From contig CM041465.1 in the NCBI GenBank assembly GCA_023213395.1, positions 155,131,741 to 155,195,740 of the forward strand: a stretch of 64,000 bases of DNA, written 5' to 3'. Position numbers and translations under genes: made by a program. The notes beneath the pieces are model-generated. The model searched no databases. It was not told the origin of the DNA and saw only the letters and a program-made list of their open reading frames with translations. Positions 53,971-64,000 of the stretch are shown one piece after another (the stretch's first letter is position 1; every line of letters starts with the position of its first letter). The stretch comes from Cycas panzhihuaensis. Lineage: Eukaryota > Plantae > Cycadophyta.

Positions 53971-54189
53971 TCAAATGATATTTTCTGAACCCCAACTTTT
54001 GTAAACATGTAGTGGGATGTGTCTTCTTCCTTTACACAAAATTTCATATAATTTTGATACCATTTGGCTATATCTCTTTCAGTTATGCCAATGCCTAGCA
54101 TTTTCTGCATCCTGTAAACATATGGTAGATCCTCCTAGATCATGGCTCCCTTTCCTTGGAAAATAACCAACTCCTGTTTGGCTTAGAAC

Positions 54190-57100
54190 TAGAGATAGAG
54201 GAAGTGTTGTTCTCCTTGTTTCCTACTAAACCACTTGGCCTTACTAGGAAATTGTCCTGCTACTCCAATCTCGAAGATTCATGTGTCTTATGTCTTGTTT
54301 TGGTAGATTTTCTCTCTAAGATACAATCTTCCTTGAGAGGCTCCTCACTTTCCAAATACAAGTCATCAACTGAAGGTAAAGTGAACTGGTCCTGTTCCTC
54401 ATCTAGCATAGAGGGCTCAAATAGTTTTAAGTATTCAACATTTACTATTAAATATATTTGCATATAAGGTGGAAGATCAAGTTGGAAAGCATTGCCACCT
54501 ACTTTTCTTAAAATCTTGAATGGTCCATACCTTATAGGTTTGAGTTTCTTGCCTTCTCCTTTTAACCTCTCCTTGCTTAAGTATAACCATATTAAATCTC
54601 CTTCTTAAAAAGTACACTCTTGCCTATGCTTGTCATGTCTTTCCTTGTACTTTTATTGAGTCCTTAGAAGTTGATCATATACTTCTTTGTGGAGTCTCTG
54701 GATCTTCTCCAAGTATCTTAAAGCCTTGTCATGCTCCTCCTTCTCTTTGACGGATCCTTCCTTAGCTTGCATGGAAAACTCTAAGTCAAATGGACTTTGA
54801 GGCAAGTATTCTAAACAAACTTTAAAAGGTGCTTTAGAGTGTGATGCATGCATTGTTCTATTAAATGCAAATTGTAGAAAAGCCAATGATTCATCCCAAG
54901 TCTTTGGATGCTTGGAATTATGTCCCCTCAATAAATGTACCAAAGTTCTGTTCACTACTTCAGTTTGTCCATTTGTTTGAGGATAGAAACTTGTACTCCT
55001 CTTCAATTTAGTATCCATAATCTCCCATAGTGACTTCCAAAATGATGAAAGGAATCAAGTGTCCTGATCTGAAATGATGGAAGAGGGCAAGCCAAAATTC
55101 TTCCATACATGCTTGAAGAATAACTTAGCTACTCTTGTTCCTGTGATTGTCTTCTTATAAGGTATTAGACATATCATTTTAATGAACCTATATACAACAA
55201 CAAAGAGATAATTATGTTCCTTCCTAGTCATGGGAAGTCCCTCGAAGAAATCAATGGAGATACTTTCCCAAGGTCTAGTGGGAATAGGAAGTGGTGTATA
55301 TAATCCTAATTTTCTAGAATAAGGCTTAGAAGTATTACACATTACACATAATTTTACATATTTTTTTACATCATTTTACATTTTTGGCCATACAACATAT
55401 CTTCTCAAGTTTGCTAAAGTCTTCTCTATACCAAAGTGACCAGCTACTTTAGAAGTATGGGCTTCTCTAAGCCACTTGATCTTGTCTCCTTTTGATGGAA
55501 CATAGAGCTGCTCCCCTTTGAAAAGTAGACCATCCTTCCAAGCAAGCTGGGAAGGTCTTCCTTTTGATAGGTTCTATAATTCTTCCTTCAAAGCTTCATG
55601 ATGCATTGGCTCCACCTACAAACTTATAAGAGAACTACAAACAAAAGTAGAAGAAGAAGTGGAACAAGGTGGTCTAGATAACATATCAGTAATTTTGTTA
55701 GTAGATTCCTTTTGTACTTAATTACAATATTGAATTGTTGTAAATAACTCATCCACTTAATGTGTCTTGCTTGCTGTAATTTACTTTGGGTTTGTAAAAA
55801 ATTGAAGAGGCTTATGATCGGTATGAACTACAACCTCTTTTTCAAGTAAGTAGGACCTCCAATGCTTGATGAAGTGCGAATATTTCTCGATCATATGTTA
55901 GGTAGTTTTTCACTTGAGGGGTGAAGACTTCTAGATGGTAAGCAATAGGCTTCCCATCTTGAATAAGGACAGCTCCCATCACATTTCCACTTGCATCAGC
56001 TTCTACTTCAAAAGGCCTTTGCAAAATTGGCATTGCCAAAACCGGTGCTTCATAAATTTTCTTCTTTAAAAGAAGAAAAGCTTCTTCCTCCTTGGAACCC
56101 CAAGTAAACTTTTTACTAGATTTTGTCAATCCATGTAGAGGTGTTGTAACCTGTGAGAAATGAAGAATAAACTTTCTCAAGTATTGACAAGCTCCTAAAA
56201 AACTTCTCACCTCTGTGATGTTTATTGGCCTAGGCCATTTGAGGATGGCTTGAGTCTTGAGTGGATCGATGCTCAACTTTCCTCCTCCAACCACAAAGCC
56301 TAAGAAGATCAAGTTCTCCTTGCTAAATTCACACTTCTTCACATTAAGCTTCAAATGATGCTTAGCCATAGTCTTTAAAACATCTTCTATATGCTGCAAA
56401 TGTTCCTCCCATGTGTTGATGAAAATCAAAATGTCATCAAGATAGACAATAACAAAATTATCCAAGGCCTTAACATTTCATTCATTAGCCTCATGAATGT
56501 TGCAGAAGCATTACACAAGCTGAAAGGCATAACCATCCATTCAAAGAGTCCTTGCTTTGTTTTGAAGGCCGTCTTCCATGTGTCCTCCTCCTTGACCCTA
56601 ACTTGGTGATAACCACTTTTCAAATCCAACTTAGTAAATTAATAATCATGTTGAATTTGATTAAGCAAATCATCTATGCGAGGCAAAGGGTAGCAATTTT
56701 TAATTGTGATTTTATTCAAAGCACGAAAGTCTATAGACATTCTCCATCCTCCATCCTTCTTAGGCACTAAGACAATTGGTGACCCACAAGGTGAACATGA
56801 AGGTCTTATGACCCCTTGATCAAGTAACTCCTCAACTTGCCTCTTTATCTCATTATTCTCTACAATGGAGTGCCTATACAAAGCAACATTAGGCAATGGT
56901 GCATCTCCTACAAGAGTGATTTCATGCTCTATCTATCTCTTTAGTGGTAGCCCATCAACATGTTGAAATAGAATATCATACCTTGTCTTTAACTCCTCAA
57001 TTTGTTGCATTTGTTTAGGTGATATAAGAAGAGTGTGAGTAGAAGGACCTTCTTCATCTCCTGGCTCTTCTTTTCTCCTTACCATTAAGATGATGAATTT

Positions 57101-58693
57101 ACCACATGCATTGATCATCCTTTTTGCTTGAGTCGCTGAAATTAATGCTATCTTATCCAAGTGCTTCTTTGTGGCCTTTATGATGAAGTCCTTGTTATCC
57201 TTCATCAACCGATACTTTCTCTCCCTTCGATAGAAGAGTGCATCTCGATCCCATAAGTAGGGACTCCCAAGCACAACATGACATACATCTAATGGCACCA
57301 CATCATATATTATTTCATCAACAAAATCATTAGTGATGGAAAATTTAAGTGTACATTGCTTTGATATTTACATTTCCATATCCTTATGGATCCAACCAAG
57401 AGGATATGGGTGAAGGTGAGGAGTAGTTACCAACCCAATGCTCTTTACCAAACTTTCTAAGATCAAATTATTTTGGCTCCTTAGATCTATAATGGCACGA
57501 ATAATATTATTTCCTACTTGAAGCTTCAAGTGAAATAGTTCCTCCCTTATAGCATCATCCCCATAATTTGTAAGTAGAGTAACCTTCTCTTCTTCTCCTT
57601 GACTTTGAATCTCCACCTCAGAAAGTAGTGCTTTCCCTTTCTCCTTCTTTCTTAATTCCATATCCTTGATATGATTTGGCTTTAGTTTTGGATACAACTT
57701 CCAACACTTTGCTATAATATAACTACTAATATCACAATGCTTACAATAGTTAGAACTTTTAACAAAATTAGTTCTTTTCTTCTTTCCTTCTTACCTTTTA
57801 GATGAGTGCAATTTAGGATTCTTTTCATACTTATTAGAAGTAAAAGTAGAATCTTTAGACATGAATGTAGATTTATTACTTTTACTTTCTATTGCCATAG
57901 CCATTCTACTTACTTCTCCAATGGGTTGAACCTTTAAAAGCCTTAGTTCCTTCCTTATGTATTTATGTAATCCTCCAATGAATTTCATAAGAGTGATATG
58001 TTCATCCATATTAATACTAAGTAGCATGCCATGCCTAAAAAATAAAGAAGTATAGTCTTAGACACATAAACCTCTCCCTTGGTGTAAATATTGCCAAGTG
58101 ACCTATTAATCTTCCTCATGACCAATGGGGTAGTATTTCTTATTTATTATTTTCTTAAAATCCATCAATGAAAAAGAAGATATATCATGAGTCTTCAAAT
58201 ATGCATTCCACCATGTCAATGCATGTTTACACAACTTGAGCCTAGCAAATGAAAGCTTTTGAGCATTACTATAAGCATAAATTATGAAGTAGGTTTCAAT
58301 TTGATCCAACCAATGGTCCAAATTTTCAACATTTACCTCTCTATCATAAGTTGGAATATCCAACTTTGCCTCTACCTTGAAGGGTTGATGAGATAAAGTA
58401 CCATTATTTTCTTCAAATGAGTGCTTTAAGGTCTCCTCCTCTTCCTCTTCATGGTTATGGTCATATATGGATCCTCCTTCAACTTTCTTCTCTTTGCCTT
58501 TTCTCTTGACTAGAGGTAGAAGTTGGGTTATCATTTGCATCAAGACTTCTACGTTCTTCTCAAGCTTTTCAAATCTAATTTGTCCATTTTCTTTTTCAGC
58601 CATGGTGCTTGGATTCTTTCTTTGTCTTCTTGGTGATTGCAACACAAGAAAAGCTTCACCTTTATCTTTGTATCTTTTCCTTGTTTGTACCAT
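54190..58693 (-). pseudogene. gag-pol of D (gag, zinc knuckle, PR, RT, RH, INT, chromodomain-like tail), with frameshifts and stops
   Basis: ORF track: KLDIPTYDREVNVENLDHWL (gag), AIIDLRSQNNLI (PR), [10 protein letters not shown] and VYLDDILIF (RT), EADASG (RH), STSFYPQTNGQTEVVNR (INT). Confidence 0.95.
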
Positions 58694-59808
58694 TTAAGTC
58701 CCTACAACAAAGATCACATGCTCTGATACCAAAATATGATCCCAAAATAGAGCTTAATTGGTGAAGAAGTCAATTATCAACCTTTTCTCCTTGAGATCCT
58801 AGGAGTTAGTGTAGAAATCTCAATAACATAAAAATAAAAATGAGCCCACAAAAAGAAATTCTACACCAAATCATTTATTATTTACATTGCTCCAAAAGTA
58901 TGAGGAGTAGTACTTTTATTAAACTATGAAAATCTCCATTTAATGGTGGAGAAATCAATTAGCAAAAGAATGGTTAAATTACAAGGAATAAATGATATAA
59001 TTATACCATAAGGGGGACTCCAACCCTCCAAAATGCTTCTTCAAGGATGCTTCCCAATTCAAGTGCCTTTCACCTCCAAGAACCACATCTCCAACCCATA
59101 ATAGGGCTCAATTTATAGAAAGAAACCAAAATTGCATGTTTAATAAGTGGCAATCATGCAAGTATAACCACTAACCACCAGAATGCATGTTGTCCAAGTG
59201 GCCTTCATGCAATTCTTAAAAGTTGCAACTTGTAACTGAACTTAACAGACTCCAATTTAGCTCAAATTTGGAACACATATAGGAACGCATGTCTCCTCCA
59301 CTTCCTCAAAATTGTAGCTCATTTAGATGTCATTTTACTACATTTTTATTCATTTAATCATAATATGTATCTGTTATTTTTCTGCTAGCTATGGGATTAA
59401 TTTTATGCAAAACAAGACTCAAACTTATAGCTTGTAACTAACCTTAATGAGCTCCAATTTAGCTCAAATTTGTTATACATATAGGAACACATGTTTCCTC
59501 CACTTTCTCAAAATTTTAGTTCATTTGGATATCATTTGTCTGCATTGTTATTCATTTAATGATAATATGTATTTGTTATTTTTCTGCTAGCTATGGGATT
59601 AATTTTATGCAAAACAAGGCTTGAACTCTAATCAAATGATATTTTTTGAACCCCACCTTTTGCACATATGTAGTGGGATGTGTCTTCTTCCTTTACATAA
59701 AATTTCATATAATTTTAATACCATTTGGCCATATCTCTTTCTGTTATGCCAATGCCTAGTATTTTTTGCATCCTGTAAACATATGGTAGATCCTCCTGGA
59801 TCAATGGT

Positions 59809-60565
59809 CCACCTAAAAGGATATTATATTCTAGGTCAAGATCAATAATGGTTAGTTTAGTATAAACAATCTTTTCTTTGAGGGTCAATTGGAAAGTGAC
59901 TTAAACAAGGGAAACTGTTTTATTCTTATTATATCCTTCGAAAATCCACTTACAAGGGTCAAAGACCAAAATCCTCAGATCCTTAATGAGATGAAGAGGG
60001 ATTGTATTGATTGATAATCTCTTATCAATGGTATCACGTTTAATGTTGATGTTATTCTTAATAATTTCAATGTAGAATAGAGGTATATCATTCAGAGTAT
60101 GAGTAATATAAATAGGCAATGCGGCTAAATCAAAAGAAAGTATATAAGTAGATGAGTCAACTATAACAAGAACTTATAATGAACCAAATAAGAGATAATA
60201 TTACTTTAGGCAATACTTTAGCAAATATATAATTAAGATATCAATGGGAATAGTCTTCAACTCATCGACTAAGGAGAATGATCCATCTTTTAAACTAGAG
60301 GGCATGGATCTAAATCGAATGGGATGAGGGGGTACAAGATTTAAAGAGTTGAGGTTTTTGGATATCAAACTATCATGTGATTTAGATGGACCTATATTCT
60401 TAATAATGTCCACCATGTTGATAGTCTTATTAGTCTTACCATGTTTAAAAGGTGGGCAAGCTTGACTATTAGTATGTTTCATCAAAGGATTAGAAGAAGT
60501 AGTAGTCTTTTTGGATGAGTTAGCACCAGAGGGTTCATCTTTATTATCTTACACCTATTTTACTT
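59809..60565 (-). pseudogene. gag C-terminus and protease N-part of element C
   Basis: Continues the protease frame of C across the ATGGT TSD. Confidence 0.75.
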
Positions 60566-63500
60566 TGTTGGGGTTAATGATCATTACCCCACTCCCACCT
60601 TTCACACATGTGAGTGAACACATGTTAAGGTAAGTCAGGTAAGGTTAAGTTGATTTGAGTTAAGTTGTTGAGTTATGTAATATTTTATTGTTGTTTGAAT
60701 TCTATGGGTTGATGAGTTTCCCTCCTCCTCCAAACTATATATTTAGAGGGGTGTCCAACCCTAGTGTCTTTAAACACTACCTATATTAGAAATTTGTTAT
60801 GTACTCTCTCAAAAATAGATTGAATATAAAGACTATTATGTGTTTATGCTATAATGGAATGATTTTTGATACATGCTCTGCTCTATCCCCATCATTGTAT
60901 GATCCATCATTTGGTATCAGAGCATAGATCCTACGTACATTGGCTCAAATTTTTGGCCTGTTAAATTTTTTTTTGAGAAGTAAGAAGATCCATTAGCTTT
61001 GAAGTAGATCTACTCATGGCAAACCAAATATTAGTTCTATTTATATTCTATAAAGCTTGTTAACAGTTTCTTGTATTATTTTTCATTAAACATCTAATTA
61101 ATTTTTTTATTTATACCTATAAAATAACCCATATTTTCATAGATCTATGCAGGTTTACAACTACAATAAGTAAAATATTCAAGATCTTATCACTCCACAA
61201 AGTTTTATTATCAAGTGTTTATTTTGTTAAATATTTGACCATTTTTGGTATATTTGGTCCATTTATTCAAGATGTTTTTCATATCTATGTAATAGTTACT
61301 ACATATTCAGCCTAACAAGTTTCTTGGAGAAGTGATACTATAAGTTTTATTATCTATTAATCATTTTTTTAGGTTTTGGCAAAGGGTTAGTTGATAATTA
61401 TTTATGTAATCTAACTCTTCATACGCTTGGCAAAAGTGTTTCATATGATTGCTTATTAGAATCCTGGGAAGCCAATCTATCTACTAGAGAGATCGGTCTA
61501 AAGTTTCGACCATTGTGGAAGAAGTTCTCATCCTCTAAAGTCAATCTTCTTCAAATTTATTATAGCTGCATTACTAGGTTCTTCGTATTTTTATATTCAG
61601 ATATAAATATATATATATATTTCTTATTTCTTTTGATATATCTTCTCTAATATATTTGAAAGATTTGGTCTGTGTCTCCCTTATTATATTTTTTGATTGA
61701 TTATTGTATTACAATCTTTATCTCTGCCATGGCCTCTAGCCGTACCTCCTCATATATCTTCGTCAAAACTAGGAGTCCCTACTTGCTAGCTTTTCAAGAT
61801 TCTAGTGTTGAGTTGGGTTCCCCCATAGATGTGTTTGTATAACTCTGAAAGGGATAATATTTAAGCCTTGGATTGGATTTTGATATCTTTTTTTTAATAA
61901 AGTATAAGGCTCCTACTGGTACTCCTTTGTTCATAATTTGGCTTTGGTCTAAACCTAGCTGATATATGACTCAGGCGTAATGGCACCACCACTGAGATTC
62001 CCATCACGCTTAGGCCCCCTAGGATAAAGGCTTCTACCCATGATAATTTGGTTACTGCTAGGATGCTCCTAGAGAACCAGATCCAAAGCTTGTATAAATT
62101 CCTATTGCACATTCACATGACTCGTATTATCCTTATTCAAAAATTTAACAAGATGCCTTCCATCTAGAGTACTAGCGATCTAAAGAGCCACCATGTATTC
62201 TTTCTCCTTACAATTCTCTCCTTTGGATAGCTTGACTATATACCTCCCTTCGCATAGTCGAACTGGACTATAAAGGTTCTTCCCCCCTTCATACCTTCTC
62301 AACCTTTCCGCCTTTGGAAGCTACCACTACTAGCCACACATGCTGCTTCTTATCAAATTGGTAGCCATGTCGTAACATTTTCTGGTAAATAGTGTCAAAG
62401 TAGTCCCACTCTTATGCAGTAACACATGCCTCTATCATTATATTATATGTAAAGATATCTAGCATAAGTCTTAGATCCCTATTGCTAAACCTTTGAGAGC
62501 TAATCCTTCCCTTTATAATTTCTTGAAATAAGGATTTGGCTTCTTTGAACATATTATTTTATCTGTACAATTTCATCATAATATTGCAAGTGACAATATT
62601 TAGAGCACAAAACTTCTTCATGTGATGAAAAATAGATATGCAGTAATGCAAATGTCTAGACTCTATACAAGCTTGAATAAGGCCAGTGTAAGTTACATAT
62701 AGTGGTTTATTAGCTACCCTGCATCATAAATAGGTAATACATGACCAAACACATTTCGATTAGAATTGGAATTGGAAGCGGCTTTAATGTTTTTTGAAAG
62801 AACTTCTCACTGTATTTTCTGACTCTCAAAATTATTTTCCCCACACGAATCTAGATCAATAAATAATAAAAATACATCATTCAAAGCTATCTTTCATAGC
62901 CATCATGGTTAGAAGGTAAGATCAACTGCTTTACTGCAAAATTTATGGTTTAGTTTAGGTGCTACTTTGGAACCAATAGATTTAGAGCTCCAGTGTCAAA
63001 CAAATATATGAAGTGTTTCACCATCCTCTACTCCTTTAGTAGGCATCGTTACCAGAAATTGAACCCAAATCACCCACATGACAGTGAAGAATAGTCATGA
63101 CTATAATACAATCACAAGCAAACTTAACGCAAGGTCTCTTACTCCACATGGTCATTCGATGGCTAAATTCATTGGGCCTGAACTCAGCAGTGCCACTTTT
63201 ATTCATCGTTTATGGTTTCTTGTAGATAGATATATAGATATTGTTCATGAGAGTGCCTTCCTAAACTTTTATCTTTTGGTCTTTGTGTTTTCTTAGTGCT
63301 TTTATCTCAATTCTCTTCCTCAGTTTTGCTTGTATTCTTTGTATAATCAAGCGGTGGCAATGCTTTGTTTATTTTTTATTTTTTATAAAGTTTGAATTAA
63401 TAAAATTAAATTGAATATTATTTGAAGTATGGGTTTAAAAGGCTCAAGCCCCCTTTGGTCTTGTCCCTTAGTTATATGTTCCCTCCATGTGACCTTTAGC

Positions 63501-64000
63501 TCGTTGCTAAAGGGGCTTCTTTAAGTTTATAAAACTTTTCTTTTTATTTTTTTAATTATTTTTTAAAACATAGGGTACCTGTCTAATTTCTTTAATATCT
63601 CTTCACTAAGGTATCAGTTTCTGATGAAACTTATCCTGTTGAGTCCAAAATTTTCTGAGTTACAATTTAGACTAGTTATTTGCCATATTTGTAGCTGATT
63701 TGATATATTTCTAATCAATTTAAGTCAATCTTTCTTAAAAAGGGCCTTCTTTTAGATTATTAACATAAAAGTACTTTTTATTATTTTCATTATAACTTTT
63801 CTGTTTCACATTAGAATTTAGATCCATCTGTTTCGTTGGGAAGCTAACTCATTCCTCTTCAAACTAACAATGATATTTATAAGCTTTAAAGTGTTCTTAT
63901 AGAATTTCAAAGCCATCAAAGTTGAGGTACATAATAGCTTCCAATTTGTCATTATTGCATATTTTTTATATATTATTTCTCAAGTTCTTTAACTAAAAAG
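60566..64000 (+). mobile_element. Copia-like LTR element E2 (5' LTR 60566-60909 plus internal region, running off the window), related to E1
   Basis: TGTTGGGGTTAAT...ATCA followed by the PBS TGGTATCAGAGC (60912-60923). The LTR start resembles that of E1 (TGTTAGGGTTAAT on minus). Blocks 63300-63455 and 63485-63520 match the reverse complement of 22245-22390 and 22035-22075. Confidence 0.85.
63044..63115 (-). pseudogene. Decayed tRNA-Asp(GUC) copy inside E2
   Basis: Minus strand GTGATTGTATTATAGTCATGACTATTCTTCACTGTCATGTGGGTGATTTGGGTTCAATTTCTGGTAACGATG(CCT) aligns without gaps to plant cytosolic tRNA-Asp as recalled (GTCGTTGTAGTATAGTGGTAAGTATTCCCGCCTGTCACGCGGGTGACCCGGGTTCGATCCCCGGCAACGGCG). 49/72 identical; 16 of 23 differences are C>T or G>A; anticodon GTC intact. 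Confidence 0.85.

Larger units (their letters stand above)
53077..59803 (-). mobile_element. Full-length Ty3/Gypsy chromovirus D, CRM clade, 6727 bp
   Basis: LTRs 53077-54142 and 58737-59803 (TGATC...GATCA), perfect TSD ATGGT, tRNA-Met PBS complement gctctgatacca 58720-58731, PPT complement ctccctttcctt ~54146-54157. Confidence 0.96.
42153..60565 (-). mobile_element. Tat-type Gypsy element C (gag end-PR-RT-RH-INT, then aRH, antisense PMD, 3' repeats, probable 3' LTR), interrupted by D and E2
   Basis: The protease motif IIDLDLEYNILLGGP|WIT rejoins across the D insertion. PPT-like aagggggaaaag at 43772-43761 (minus). The extent of the 3' LTR (~42153-43760) is uncertain. Confidence 0.8.

Noticed and set aside
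54156-58697. Plus-strand ORFs within D
   Set aside because: Antisense shadows of gag-pol.
63044-63115. Functional tRNA-Asp gene
   Set aside because: The D-loop GG and several stem pairs are mutated and there is no clear terminator; called a pseudogene.
63035-63207. ~56-codon minus-strand ORF (MNKSGTAEF...) after a TATA-like box
   Set aside because: No recognisable homology and it runs through the decayed tRNA; probably chance.

Overview
AT-rich plant nuclear heterochromatin with heavy C>T/G>A decay. The retroelement types suggest a gymnosperm (inference). I find no intact host gene; the window is a nest of LTR retrotransposons. From left to right: (1) a decayed Copia-like host whose LTR (2281-11555) was hit twice at the same ATATTCT^AA motif by two related ~4.3-4.5 kb deleted Copia elements, one of which carries a 326-bp TRIM; (2) a Tat-type Gypsy pol remnant; (3) two inverted copies of a tRNA-Arg-primed Tat family, A (+, LTR plus gag) and B (-, LTR-gag-pol plus an antisense PMD gene), with a tRNA-SINE, a gag-protease-only element and a solo LTR nested in B; (4) another Tat element C (-) with an archaeal-type RNase H downstream of integrase and its own antisense PMD gene, interrupted by a full-length CRM chromovirus (53077-59803); (5) two related Copia-like elements, E1 (20008-23738, gag-only) and E2 (60566 to the window end). 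The most notable observations are three. E1 and E2 share a scaffold but carry different host-derived cargo next to the same conserved block: a PYROXD2/At5g49555-like FAD-binding N-terminus in E1 and a decayed full-length tRNA-Asp(GUC) copy in E2. The two Copia derivatives appear to have inserted at a motif matching their own LTR end. Two Tat families carry apparently spliced antisense PMD accessory genes. All alignments were done by eye, with reference motifs recalled from memory.
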